The translations under genes were made by a program, and so were the position numbers. DNA of 41,073 bases from a virus (taxonomy: Duplodnaviria > Caudoviricetes), in the IMG/VR virus record IMGVR_UViG_3300024275_000018, positions 1 through 41,073 of that record. One strand, 5' to 3'. Position 1 is the first letter of the stretch. Each line of letters starts with the position of its first letter. Below, one piece after another: positions 7,421 to 16,792 of this stretch. Under the pieces are notes generated by a model. The model was not told the origin of the DNA. It saw only the letters and a program-made list of their open reading frames with translations, and did no database searches.

Positions 7421-8632
7421 TCAGCTGGCCTTGTTGAAGGTCGCCCGGAACTTGGGCGTGGAGGCGTCGTAGCAGTCGAGGTAGATGAAATCGTGCTTGC
7501 TGGCGCCGGTCGAGAGCGTCGGCGTTCCCGCCGATCCCCAGTCGAACGCTGACGGCCAGGTCATGGTCCGGCTGCCGGTGGCGTCCTGAATCACCTCAAG
7601 GCGGTAGGTCAGGCCTTCGTGCGGATTGGTCGGCGCCGCCAGCGTTCGGTTTCCGGCGATCGTCACCTTGGCGTTGAAGCCGGCGTGCATGTCCCAGTTG
7701 ATCGTCGCGCCGTCGGTCAGCGTTTGCGGCGCGGCGGCGCTGATCAGTTTGTCCGCCGCCACCAGCTTGCTTGCGGTCGCGGCCTGGATTTGCGCTGCCG
7801 TTGCTTCCGTCGCGCTCAGCGAGCCGCCGGAGAGCGTCAGGTTCGATGCTGCGCTGATCTCCTCGATCCCGCCGCTCGACGCCGTGGTACGGCCCAGCAG
7901 CCTGCTGGTGGCCATCGTCAGACCGGATCCCGTCGCGACCCCGGTCTTCGCAGCCCCGACCGTTGAATAATCGATCGTCTTCGCGACCGACCCGTCGAAC
8001 GTCGCGCCGGGCGATGCACCGCCGCTGCTGGTGATCGTCAGCGCCTGGGCGGTGGTTGCGCCGCCGCCGCCCGAGGCCGTCAGGGTCGTTCCCGTGATCG
8101 ACAAGCCCGAACCGAGCGTGATCTCCTGCGGGTCGCCGGATCCGCTGTCGCCGCGGCCGATCAGCTTCGACGCGGCCGAGACGTTCTGGATCTTCGCGTA
8201 GGTGACGGCGTCATTGGCGATCGTCGTCGCCAGCGTGCCAGACGTTGCGACATCACCCGACAGGTCGCCGCTGGTGACCGACGTTACGCCAGAGAATTTG
8301 GTCAAATTGCCGCTGGCTGGCGATCCGGTCGTGGTGACCGAGCCGCTGCCGGTACCCGTCCCATAGGGACCGACCGTCGATCCGCTGACCCGGCAAAACA
8401 GGCCGGTCGTCGTCGTCCAGCAATCGCCGTTGTTAGGCGAAGTCGGGGCGGTACCATGGGGAATATTGATGCTCGCCGCGCCGGTGCCAGAGGCATTGAC
8501 TTGGAGCGTATGGCTGGCGGGCAGCTGCTTCATCTGCCCGCTGACGACGACGACCGGCTTGTCGGCCGCCAGCGCAACCGAGGACAGCAGGACGAACGCC
8601 GCGGTGAGCGGCGCGAACAAACGCTTGATCAA
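7421..8632 (-). CDS. Tail/head fibre protein with signal-peptide-like N-terminus
   Basis: Gly/Thr/Ser-rich; AVTYAKIQNV; two KLIGR/RLLGR..EI repeats; C-terminal TLTDGATINWD...IQDATGSRT domain; TTG start with GGAGG. Confidence 0.75.
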   Translation of the reverse strand: MIKRLFAPLTAAFVLLSSVALAADKPVVVVSGQMKQLPASHTLQVNASGTGAASINIPHGTAPTSPNNGDCWTTTTGLFCRVSGSTVGPYGTGTGSGSVTTTGSPASGNLTKFSGVTSVTSGDLSGDVATSGTLATTIANDAVTYAKIQNVSAASKLIGRGDSGSGDPQEITLGSGLSITGTTLTASGGGGATTAQALTITSSGGASPGATFDGSVAKTIDYSTVGAAKTGVATGSGLTMATSRLLGRTTASSGGIEEISAASNLTLSGGSLSATEATAAQIQAATASKLVAADKLISAAAPQTLTDGATINWDMHAGFNAKVTIAGNRTLAAPTNPHEGLTYRLEVIQDATGSRTMTWPSAFDWGSAGTPTLSTGASKHDFIYLDCYDASTPKFRATFNKAS

Positions 8633-8641
8633 GGAAGCCTC

Positions 8642-9106
8642 CTAAAGCTCGAGGTAGGGCGGCACGGCGAAGATGCCGATCGCTTCGACCGCGACGCCGA
8701 GTGATTGCACGATCTCGCCGGAATTGACTGGCCTGGTGAATTGGAACCCACCCGGCACCGTGACGCTGAGCCAGGCCTCGCCGCTTTGCGCCGGCGCGAC
8801 CGCGGCGTTGCCGGCAGCCAGGCTGCGCACCAGGCCGGGATCGCCATTGTCGATCGCGTCGGGCGCATAGCCGGTGGCGAACTTCGCCGGGTCGGTCGCT
8901 ACAGCGAGCCGGACCCCGGGCGATCCGGCGTTGTCGTAAACGTTGACATAGTCGCCTGCGGCGATGCTCTCGCTCGCCGTGACCGTCGCCTCCAGCAGGC
9001 CATAGAGCTCGCTGAAATTGTCGTTCGTCTTGCCGAACGAAACGCGGATCGTGTCGCCCGTGCCGTCGTTGGCGACCGCACCGATGCCGATTATCTCTTG
9101 AGCCAT
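8642..9106 (-). CDS. Fibre adaptor: T4 gp9/gp10-like N-terminal motif plus DUF2190-like domain
   Basis: IGIGAVANDGTGDTIRVSFGKTNDNFSELY, then TASESIAAGDYVNVY. Confidence 0.65.
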   Translation of the reverse strand: MAQEIIGIGAVANDGTGDTIRVSFGKTNDNFSELYGLLEATVTASESIAAGDYVNVYDNAGSPGVRLAVATDPAKFATGYAPDAIDNGDPGLVRSLAAGNAAVAPAQSGEAWLSVTVPGGFQFTRPVNSGEIVQSLGVAVEAIGIFAVPPYLEL

Positions 9107-11464
9107 TTAGCCATGATCCGCTGTGATGGTGGTGGTGTCGGCCGTGTAGAACGTCGTGTCGGCGGTCAGTCCGCCGGGCCCGATCAAAAAGAAGTTGCGC
9201 CAGCGGCCGTTGTTCACGTCGCTGGTTCGCCGGATGCGGCCGATGATCGATCCGCCCGGCGCGATCCCGTCAGCCGCCTGGTCGACGGCCGAGTAATTTG
9301 CATCGCTGCCCGCGCTGACAATTGTTCGGCCGATGCCGTTGAGGATTTCGACCTCGACCTCGTCGCGATCATCGACCCCCAGGCCGCCGGCATTGAGCCG
9401 CGAGCGCGGGTCGCAAGTGATCGTCAGGTTGTTCGATCCGTCCCAGCTGCCCTCGACATTGACCGGGCTGTACGGCCTTTTGCCCTCGCCAGAGTTGGTG
9501 AAGGCGATGATGTCGGCGTCGGCCTCGTCCTGGTTGAACGTCACCCCGCGCAGGCTCAACGGAACGCCCCAGCTGTCCAGCGTCGACGCCGGTAGCCGCG
9601 TGACGCCACCGTCGGTCAGGAGCACGAATTCCTCGGCGGCGACATGGGTGCCCATGGCCCAGTCGGTCCCCTTGCGGCCGCGGCGCAGATCGGTCAGCTC
9701 CCATGTCGCGGGGGCCACCTTCGTCGCGGTCTTGAACTGCAGATATTCGCCTTGCCCGTCCGTTCCGAGGAAGGCGAGATTGGCGAAAGTGTCGAGTTCG
9801 GCGTCCGTCGCGCTGGCCAGCTCCATGCCATCGTGAAGGAGAAGCACGGTCACCATCGACGTCGTGTCGAGCGTGTCGTCGAGGCCTGTCGTCGACCCGG
9901 CGGGCAGGGCGCTCGCGACGTCGCCGACAATGGCGCTGTCGCCGGTCTGCAGCAGGTCGGCGTAATTGACGCCGTCGATCGATCCCTCGAGCTCGCCCAG
10001 CGTCCAGTCGGCGTCGCTCCCCGCGATCGCGGCGTAGAAGCCGTACTCGTCGTCTCCATCGAGCAGGATGGGCCCATCGATCGCGACCACCCTGGTGTCC
10101 GGGAACAGGGTCGAATTCGTCGGCGGCGGATTTCCGGACGATCCGATCGCCACTGCGGTGTAGGTCACCGCCTCGTCCGAAACGGCCTCGACCATCGTCA
10201 GCCCATTGGCACCGCGCAGCTTGCGCGTGATGCGATAGGGCACGAATTGGCCCGCGACCTTGATCGCATAGGCCAGCCCGGGCTCGATCCCGTTCCACAG
10301 GTTGGTCAGCGTAAAGCGGATCGGCGTCCGGCCGAGCCATGCTTCCCAGTGCATCAGCGCCGCCGTGGTCGCCCCCTCGTCGGCCGTCAGGACCAGCGGC
10401 AGGTTGGCGCTAATGTTCGACTCCGCGCTGCCCTCGCTGCGCGTCGATGAAGCCGTGTTCGGTTGATATTCCCGCGCCGGATCGACGAACGTCAGCGCGG
10501 TCTCGCGCGGCAGTTTGACGTCGGGCTCGCGCTCTATTTCGAACCGTTCCGGCGCAGTGTCGCCGAACACATAGGCGCCCATGTGCTCTGGCGGGATCGT
10601 CGCCCGGAGCGACTGCGACCGCAAGTAGAACCTCAGCTGACCGGCGACCTCGGCCAGATCGAAACCGAACGCCGGGAACAGCGGCTTGAGCGCGTCGCCG
10701 CATTTCGCTTCGCTCGTAATCGAATATCCGCGAACCAGCTTTGAGGTCAGCGCCGTCGACGACATGTCATGCTCGGTGTCGACGCCGGCGGCGGCGCAGA
10801 TGGTTTCACAGACCGACGCCAGCGTTTCGTTGGTCTTGACCTTGGTCAGCGCCTCGACCGGCATCGGCGGCGTGTTGCCGAAGTCCTTCAGCTGCAGGTC
10901 TTCGATGACCGCATAGGCCCAGCCGCGATATCCCGGTTGCGGGCCGATCGCGCTATCCAGGATCGGATCGGCGACCTGATCGAAGCCGCCGCCATAGACG
11001 GTGACGCTCGTGCAATATTTGCTCTTGCCGTACTTCCGGCGGATCAGCCGCCCGTTTGCGTCAAGCGTCTCACTGACGACCGGGGCGTGCGCCGAATTGA
11101 AGATGATCTTGCCGCCGGCATAGAGCTTGAGCAGATCCTCGATCGGCTCGTCGTGGGTGCGATCGGCCAGGAAAATGGCGAGCGTGATCGAGTAGGTGTA
11201 GGTTTTGACCGACGGCAGCAGCGCGCCGACGATCCCGAACAGATAATCCGTAACCGGCTTGTGCTTGTGAACGGTCTCCTTGATGTCGTCAGCGGCCAGC
11301 ACCACGCCGGCGCTCCGCGTGGCGCTCCCGAACAGCCAGCCGAGCGAAACCCCATAGTCCCCGAAACCGGCCGAAAGATCGGTCAGGCGCGGCCCGTTGG
11401 GCTGCGTCAGGCGGCTCATCAGGTACGAGATCGCGAACTGGATCAGCAGCGCCGCGAAAGGCAT
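9107..11464 (-). CDS. Central tail tip / host-specificity protein (GTA g15-like)
   Basis: GPRLTDL, PGYRGWAYAVIEDLQLKDFGN, LPRETALTFVDPAREYQ, LTDLRRGRKGTDW. Confidence 0.88.
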   Translation of the reverse strand: MPFAALLIQFAISYLMSRLTQPNGPRLTDLSAGFGDYGVSLGWLFGSATRSAGVVLAADDIKETVHKHKPVTDYLFGIVGALLPSVKTYTYSITLAIFLADRTHDEPIEDLLKLYAGGKIIFNSAHAPVVSETLDANGRLIRRKYGKSKYCTSVTVYGGGFDQVADPILDSAIGPQPGYRGWAYAVIEDLQLKDFGNTPPMPVEALTKVKTNETLASVCETICAAAGVDTEHDMSSTALTSKLVRGYSITSEAKCGDALKPLFPAFGFDLAEVAGQLRFYLRSQSLRATIPPEHMGAYVFGDTAPERFEIEREPDVKLPRETALTFVDPAREYQPNTASSTRSEGSAESNISANLPLVLTADEGATTAALMHWEAWLGRTPIRFTLTNLWNGIEPGLAYAIKVAGQFVPYRITRKLRGANGLTMVEAVSDEAVTYTAVAIGSSGNPPPTNSTLFPDTRVVAIDGPILLDGDDEYGFYAAIAGSDADWTLGELEGSIDGVNYADLLQTGDSAIVGDVASALPAGSTTGLDDTLDTTSMVTVLLLHDGMELASATDAELDTFANLAFLGTDGQGEYLQFKTATKVAPATWELTDLRRGRKGTDWAMGTHVAAEEFVLLTDGGVTRLPASTLDSWGVPLSLRGVTFNQDEADADIIAFTNSGEGKRPYSPVNVEGSWDGSNNLTITCDPRSRLNAGGLGVDDRDEVEVEILNGIGRTIVSAGSDANYSAVDQAADGIAPGGSIIGRIRRTSDVNNGRWRNFFLIGPGGLTADTTFYTADTTTITADHG

Positions 11465-11499
11465 CTACCACTCCACCGGGGCGCTGGACGGGACGCGCA

Positions 11500-12543
11500 T
11501 CAGGAACTTTCCTTCACCACCGCCGACGCGGTCAGCCTGTCCTTCGTCGGAACGTCTCTCGCCCCGCCGAAGTTGACGTAGTTCGCCCAGTCGTCGCAGC
11601 CGTTGGTTCCGTTCGCGCTTTCCTTCAGGAGCGTGCAGCCGGGGGTCATCGCATATTGATCGCCGGCCGATGCGCCGAACGGCAACCGCGGCCACAGCAC
11701 AAACCGGCCGCCAGTCGAGTGCTCCTTGATTTCAGCGCTCTTGCCAGCGTTATCGCCCGTCGTGAACGTGACTTCCCCGTCGGTAAAATACCCTGTCGGC
11801 TCGGCTCGGGCCGCGTCGACGAACTCCCGCTGCCCGATCGCGCTATCGACGGTGCCGGTCACGGTTAGCGGGCCGAGATCCTTTTGACAGAATTGGTCGC
11901 CGAATTTCTTCCAGCAGCCGGGCTGCAACGTGCGGACCATCGACGTCTGCTGCAACCTCGCGCCGGCGCCGAGGATCTCGACAGTGAACGAAGTCTGCCC
12001 TTGCTTCGTCGATCCGAAGGTGCCTTTGAGCAGACGCCGCGTCGGCCCTTGGCCGGACCACGGGACGAGCCAGGCTTCGGCCTCCGCGCCGTCGAACAGG
12101 CCGGTAAATAGCGCATGCTCGGTGATCGTCGCCAGCGACCCGGAAAGGTCCATGCTGCCCATTTCGTCGACCTGCGAAACTCCCTCCGACGCGCTCGGCG
12201 CCAGACTATGAAGCGCGCCGTAGATCGTTCCGCTCCGCGGCGGCCATTCGAGTTCACGATCGAGCGACGTGAAGCGGAAGGTCAGGCCGTCCGGGCGGAC
12301 AATCGTCCAGATCTGCGCCAGACGCGTTCCGCACGGCATCGACTTGTAGAGGATCTCCGCGCCGGCCTGGCTAATCGAAAGTCCGGGAAGAACGCGATGC
12401 AGATATTCGGCGCCGGCCTGGCTGACCTTCACGCCCGGGAATACGGTGTGCAGATACTCCGCGCCGGATTGGCTGACCCGCATGCCGGGCTGGGCGCGGA
12501 ACAGAACCTCGACGCCGACTTGAGAGACGCTGCCGGTCGTCAT
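11500..12543 (-). CDS. Baseplate hub, DUF2163/TIGR02218-like, with N-terminal repeats
   Basis: WTIVRPDG..FTSLD, CWKKFGDQFC, PGC..C..NYVNFGG; true start 12543 (TGATG). Confidence 0.88.
   Translation of the reverse strand: MTTGSVSQVGVEVLFRAQPGMRVSQSGAEYLHTVFPGVKVSQAGAEYLHRVLPGLSISQAGAEILYKSMPCGTRLAQIWTIVRPDGLTFRFTSLDRELEWPPRSGTIYGALHSLAPSASEGVSQVDEMGSMDLSGSLATITEHALFTGLFDGAEAEAWLVPWSGQGPTRRLLKGTFGSTKQGQTSFTVEILGAGARLQQTSMVRTLQPGCWKKFGDQFCQKDLGPLTVTGTVDSAIGQREFVDAARAEPTGYFTDGEVTFTTGDNAGKSAEIKEHSTGGRFVLWPRLPFGASAGDQYAMTPGCTLLKESANGTNGCDDWANYVNFGGARDVPTKDRLTASAVVKESS
12325..12528 (-). repeat. Four 51-nt (17-aa) degenerate tandem repeats
   Basis: VSQVGVEVLFRAQPGMR / VSQSGAEYLHTVFPGVK / VSQAGAEYLHRVLPGLS / ISQAGAEILYKSMPCGT. 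Confidence 0.85.
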
Positions 12544-13670
12544 CAGCTGATCCTCTCGACCACCTCCAGCGCTGCGTTCAGGCCACCGGCCGTCCACGGG
12601 ACGCCGGTGTCTGGATCGAACGGAACATTGCTGTCGTGATAGGCGAAGGCGGTCGTGATCGGCTGATCGTCGACCACCGCTTTCGTGCTGTTCGAAATCA
12701 TCGACGGCGCAACCGTGCACGTCCCGGCATCGTCCTTCATCGCGCGAATGAAGGGTCGGGCGGTGAGGATTTCCGACAGGTTGCCAGGCCCGTTCTGAAG
12801 CGCGAAATCGGACTCCCCGGTCGTCGCCGCGAGGCTGATATAGCCAGCGTCATTTGGCGGGGTTTCGTTCAACAGCGCATAGCCCGAGACTCCGGATGAC
12901 AGCGCAAAATCGGCTTGCGCCGTGTCGGCATTGACCATCAGGCATCCCGACTTCACATCGCCAACGAACCAGTTACAGCCCGAGCCGTCATCGACCGTGT
13001 CGTTGACGTAGCAATCGGCCATGTCGACATGCTTGCCACTCAGTCCGAACGCGCTGCCGCTAAAACGTCCGACGGTGACCTGGCTGACCTCGCCGCCGCC
13101 AGTGTCGGTGTCGATCCCCGTCAGATTAAGAACGGTCACTTCATTGACGCGAAGTTCGTAGGCGCCATCGCCATTGCCGACCTTCAGATAATGTTCGAAG
13201 TGCATGTAGGCACCGGCCCCGACGACCGGGGGACTGCGGTCGATCAGTGTGGCGGCGAAGTTCGAACTGACCGCATCGCTATCGCGATAGAGGACGATCG
13301 CCCCATCGGTCCCCAGATAAGCCGCGACCATTGCGCCGTTCGCCTGCGTGCGGAACTTGGCGATGAAAAAACCCGCCTGGTTGGGCGTCCCCGGCGTTGG
13401 TTCGTTTGTCGGCAACTCCTCAAAATAGAGGGCATGTCCGAACAACACTTCGGTCAAAGGATCACCAAACACGCGCCGCACCAACGGCGCCCCGACCCCG
13501 TCGGCCATTCGCAAATGCCAATTGCCGGTGCGCGGATTAGCGTTGGAAAGTGACCACGATCCGCCGCTTCCATTATCGATCTGCGCCCACGCCTGACTCG
13601 ACGAGCCATTGAGCATTTTCGCTTCGTCGCCGCCGTAGCGGCCGACGCCGTCGCACCATCTGTTTGCCAT
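12543..13670 (-). CDS. Minor tail protein, beta-sandwich/lectin-like
   Basis: Lies between the distal tail and hub genes; beta-rich (HFEHYLKVGNGDGAYELRVN); ends DPDTGVPWT..LNA. Confidence 0.6.
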   Translation of the reverse strand: MANRWCDGVGRYGGDEAKMLNGSSSQAWAQIDNGSGGSWSLSNANPRTGNWHLRMADGVGAPLVRRVFGDPLTEVLFGHALYFEELPTNEPTPGTPNQAGFFIAKFRTQANGAMVAAYLGTDGAIVLYRDSDAVSSNFAATLIDRSPPVVGAGAYMHFEHYLKVGNGDGAYELRVNEVTVLNLTGIDTDTGGGEVSQVTVGRFSGSAFGLSGKHVDMADCYVNDTVDDGSGCNWFVGDVKSGCLMVNADTAQADFALSSGVSGYALLNETPPNDAGYISLAATTGESDFALQNGPGNLSEILTARPFIRAMKDDAGTCTVAPSMISNSTKAVVDDQPITTAFAYHDSNVPFDPDTGVPWTAGGLNAALEVVERIS

Positions 13671-13708
13671 TCAGCAGCGGCCCTTGGTTGGAGTGGATGA
13701 GACGGCGG

Positions 13709-14377
13709 TCAACACGGTCTCTTTTCGATCAGGGTGAGATCGGCGAAGCCCGCGACCTTGGTTGCCCGCATGATCTGTTCGAGCTGGTCGTCGCTCTCAA
13801 AGCGGACCTCACAGTCGAACAGAAAACCGATGGTCAGCACATGACCCGCCAGGGGCGGAACGTCGAACAGCACCTCGCCGCCCAAAACACCGTCGGCACG
13901 ACGGCTCACCGTATAATCCGCGGCAGACATCAGCACGCCATTGTTGGCGACCAAAACCGTCGACAGGACCGGCAGATAGATGAGCCGGTCATAGGTCAGA
14001 CCGCCGAGCTCATAGCGTTTCTTGATCTGAAACCGATCGGTGAAACCGTCTCCGGTCCCGAGCGACTGATCCAGCATCGTCACTGCCGGCACGACATTGG
14101 GCCGCACGAGATCGCAGGACGCGAAATCCTGCGGATCGCGCAGAGGAAAGCTGCGGTATGGGCCCGCAGTGAGCCGCCAATGCTTGCTCAGGTCGCGAAC
14201 CACCGCCCAGTTGCGCGTTGCCTCCGGCGCGACGAAACGCATCAGGGGGTGCTCCCATTCCTGATTTACGTCCTCGCCGCCCCCGGAATCGACCTGGATG
14301 GTCGTGCGCGTCCGGGGTGCCGAAACAAATCCCACGCCCGCAAGCTTGTCGGGCAGATAATAGTCCCAAAACGGCAT
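13709..14377 (-). CDS. Distal tail protein, DUF2460/TIGR02217-like
   Basis: SGGGE..NQEW, FPLRDPQD, GTGDG..FQIKKRY, GFLFDCEVRFESD. Confidence 0.9.
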   Translation of the reverse strand: MPFWDYYLPDKLAGVGFVSAPRTRTTIQVDSGGGEDVNQEWEHPLMRFVAPEATRNWAVVRDLSKHWRLTAGPYRSFPLRDPQDFASCDLVRPNVVPAVTMLDQSLGTGDGFTDRFQIKKRYELGGLTYDRLIYLPVLSTVLVANNGVLMSAADYTVSRRADGVLGGEVLFDVPPLAGHVLTIGFLFDCEVRFESDDQLEQIMRATKVAGFADLTLIEKRPC

Positions 14378-16461
14378 CAGGCCCTCGACAGCCGCCGGTT
14401 GAGCTGGCGCGTGATCTGCCCCTCGCTGCGATTGAAACCGCCGACGTCGCGCACGCCATGAACGTGCATATCGCCGTACCAGCCGCCGCCGGCGCCACGC
14501 CCCATCATGCGACGGCTGTTGTCGTTGGAGATGATCCGCCCCGAGCCAGACGGCATGAAGATCTCGGGCCCCTCCTCACCGACCAAATAAGCCGAGCCAG
14601 CGCGCACCGGTCCGCCCAAAGCGCGCGGGCCGCCGAACAGATTGCCGAGCGGGTTGCCGCCCGTGGCGTAGCTGGCGAGGATCTGGAGGCCGAGCTTGAT
14701 CAACTGGCTTGCAACGTCGCCCAGCGCGCCCTTGAGGCCGAGCGCCTTGACCGTGGCACTGGCCAAGTCGTCCTCAAGCTGGGTCAGGCCGGTGACGGCG
14801 ATTTCCTCGAGCTTCTGATTGACCTCGTCGAGCGACTGCGGGAGGTCGCTCTTCCATTGATCGAGCGGGCTGCGCGTCTGGTTGATGACGCCTTGGCGGT
14901 CGTTGGCGTAGGTGTGACCGAGCGCCAGCAACCGGCGCCGCGCATCCTCCTTGGCCGCCTCCGAAGCCTTCTCGTCGGCCAGCACCGCCTCAAGACGGGC
15001 ACGCTCCTGACGATAGGATAGGTCGAGCAGTTGAAGCTGGATGTTGCGTTGCTCCTTGACGGTGCGCGCCAGCTGCAATTCGCTGTCCAGCTTGTCCTTT
15101 TGCGTATCGAAGTCGGTCTGAATGAGCATCGCCACATCGGCGCGGCGCTGCGCCTCCTCCTCCTCCAGCAGCGCCTGCCGCTTGAGCGCATCGGTTTTGG
15201 CATATTCGGCAGCGAGCTGCCGGGCCTGCTCGGCGGACATCCCTTGCTTGCCCTTCGTCAGGGCGAATAGCGCGACCTGGTAACGCTGCTCGGCGTCGAA
15301 CCCGGCTTTTTCGGCGTCGAGGATTTCAATGCCGATCGAAGTCCGCTCGACATAGTCCTTGGCTAGGTCCTGCAGTGCTTGCAGCACGTCCGTCTGGGCC
15401 CGGCGAAGTTCCTGGTCGAACTGGAATGAATCGCGCAGCGCGTCCTGGGCGCTGTGATCAGCGGCCGCCTTGTGACCTCCGCCTTTCGAGGCGAGAAATT
15501 GCGACACGGGCGGGCGGGGAGCGTTCTGGGCCGGCGGCAGTTTGACCGAAACCGATTGCCCACCCATGGCCGGGCCGGGCCCGCCGACCCATACCATCTT
15601 GCCGGTGAAGAAATTTTCAACGGGATAGCCCTCGCTGCCGATCCGACTGATGGCGTTCACGTAATCGGCGACTTTCGACGCAAGGTAAGCGAAGGCGTCG
15701 GCCAGCTTGAAGATTGAATCGGCGTTGTCCGCCACGACGCCCGCGATCTGTGCGCTCAGCACCTCTTTGACCTGCCGCAGCTTGTCGGCGGTCCTGTCGG
15801 CGTTCTGGATCTGCTCGTCGCTCAAGACGCCGCCCAGCGCCTCATTGGCGGCCGCCAGGTCGCTGATCCCTTTGCTGCCCAGGTCGAGCGTCGGAATGAT
15901 CTTTTGAAAGCCCTTCCCGAAGATGGCGACGCCGGCTGCGGCGTTCGCGGAGGCACCGCCCGTCGCCTTCATCTTGTCGGCAATTTTGCCGAGAATTTCT
16001 GACTTCGAGTTGGTCTCAAGATCAGCCAGTTTTACACCCACGGCGCCGAAAGCTTTAGCCGCCTCGGCCGACCCGGACCGCGCCTTGCTGATGCTCAGCG
16101 AGAACTTTCCGAGTGCCTTGTCGGCTTCTTCGACGGTCGCGCCGTTCTGGCCCGCGGCGAAGCGGAAATTCTGCAGCTCCTTGGTTGTAACGCCGAGCTG
16201 CGCAGCCACCTCGCCCAGCGACCCGGCATATTCGAGGCCGCCCTGGATCAGGCGCGCGAACGCGCCGATGGTCAGCGCGCCGGCGATCCCCGACGAAAAA
16301 CCGCCAAGCGATTTGCCAAGTGCTCCGAAACGGCTCGCAGCCCGGTCGAACTTGCCACTCATCGACCCGAGGCGGCGCTCGGCCGAGGACGCTCCGCGAT
16401 CGAACGCACCGGTGTCGAGTCCGAGCATGTAACGCATCCAGCCCAGGGTCACACCGGCCAT
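14377..16461 (-). CDS. Tape measure protein
   Basis: 694 aa, helical and Ala-rich; C-terminal RALGGPV..YLVGEEGPEIF. Confidence 0.92.
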   Translation of the reverse strand: MAGVTLGWMRYMLGLDTGAFDRGASSAERRLGSMSGKFDRAASRFGALGKSLGGFSSGIAGALTIGAFARLIQGGLEYAGSLGEVAAQLGVTTKELQNFRFAAGQNGATVEEADKALGKFSLSISKARSGSAEAAKAFGAVGVKLADLETNSKSEILGKIADKMKATGGASANAAAGVAIFGKGFQKIIPTLDLGSKGISDLAAANEALGGVLSDEQIQNADRTADKLRQVKEVLSAQIAGVVADNADSIFKLADAFAYLASKVADYVNAISRIGSEGYPVENFFTGKMVWVGGPGPAMGGQSVSVKLPPAQNAPRPPVSQFLASKGGGHKAAADHSAQDALRDSFQFDQELRRAQTDVLQALQDLAKDYVERTSIGIEILDAEKAGFDAEQRYQVALFALTKGKQGMSAEQARQLAAEYAKTDALKRQALLEEEEAQRRADVAMLIQTDFDTQKDKLDSELQLARTVKEQRNIQLQLLDLSYRQERARLEAVLADEKASEAAKEDARRRLLALGHTYANDRQGVINQTRSPLDQWKSDLPQSLDEVNQKLEEIAVTGLTQLEDDLASATVKALGLKGALGDVASQLIKLGLQILASYATGGNPLGNLFGGPRALGGPVRAGSAYLVGEEGPEIFMPSGSGRIISNDNSRRMMGRGAGGGWYGDMHVHGVRDVGGFNRSEGQITRQLNRRLSRA

Positions 16462-16477
16462 GCCGCGAAATCCTTTC

Positions 16478-16792
16478 TCAGCATTCGCCGCCGATCGCGG
16501 CCTCGATCCGATCTCCGAGCCAATCCATGCTCTTCTCGAGCCGCTCGTCGTCGGTCAGCAATTCATCGAAATAATCACCGAGGGACGCGCTGCCGCGCTG
16601 CTCAGCGTCGTTGCGAATGCGGAACACCCACCATCCGGTCATGATCGCCGCTTCCTGCCCCGCCCGGCGGCGGCCCGCGACGCTCGCCCGATAGGTCGGG
16701 AAGGTCTGGTCCCAGAAGCTCGCGGAATCGAAACCGAGCCCAGTCCAGGTCTCTAGAGCTTTTCCCCAGTCCCAGGGGTTACCGGAGGGTCC
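16478..16792 (-). CDS. Tail assembly chaperone extension (gpT-like), -1 frame
   Basis: The -1 frame reads NPWDWGKALETWTGLGFDSASFWDQT... to TGA at 16478-16480 and has no start of its own near the 5' end. Confidence 0.7.
   Translation of the reverse strand, partial: GPSGNPWDWGKALETWTGLGFDSASFWDQTFPTYRASVAGRRRAGQEAAIMTGWWVFRIRNDAEQRGSASLGDYFDELLTDDERLEKSMDWLGDRIEAAIGGEC

Noticed and set aside
9107-14377. Gene transfer agent cluster
   Set aside because: The tail tip is GTA-like, but integrase, repressor, replication genes and cos/HNH indicate a true phage.
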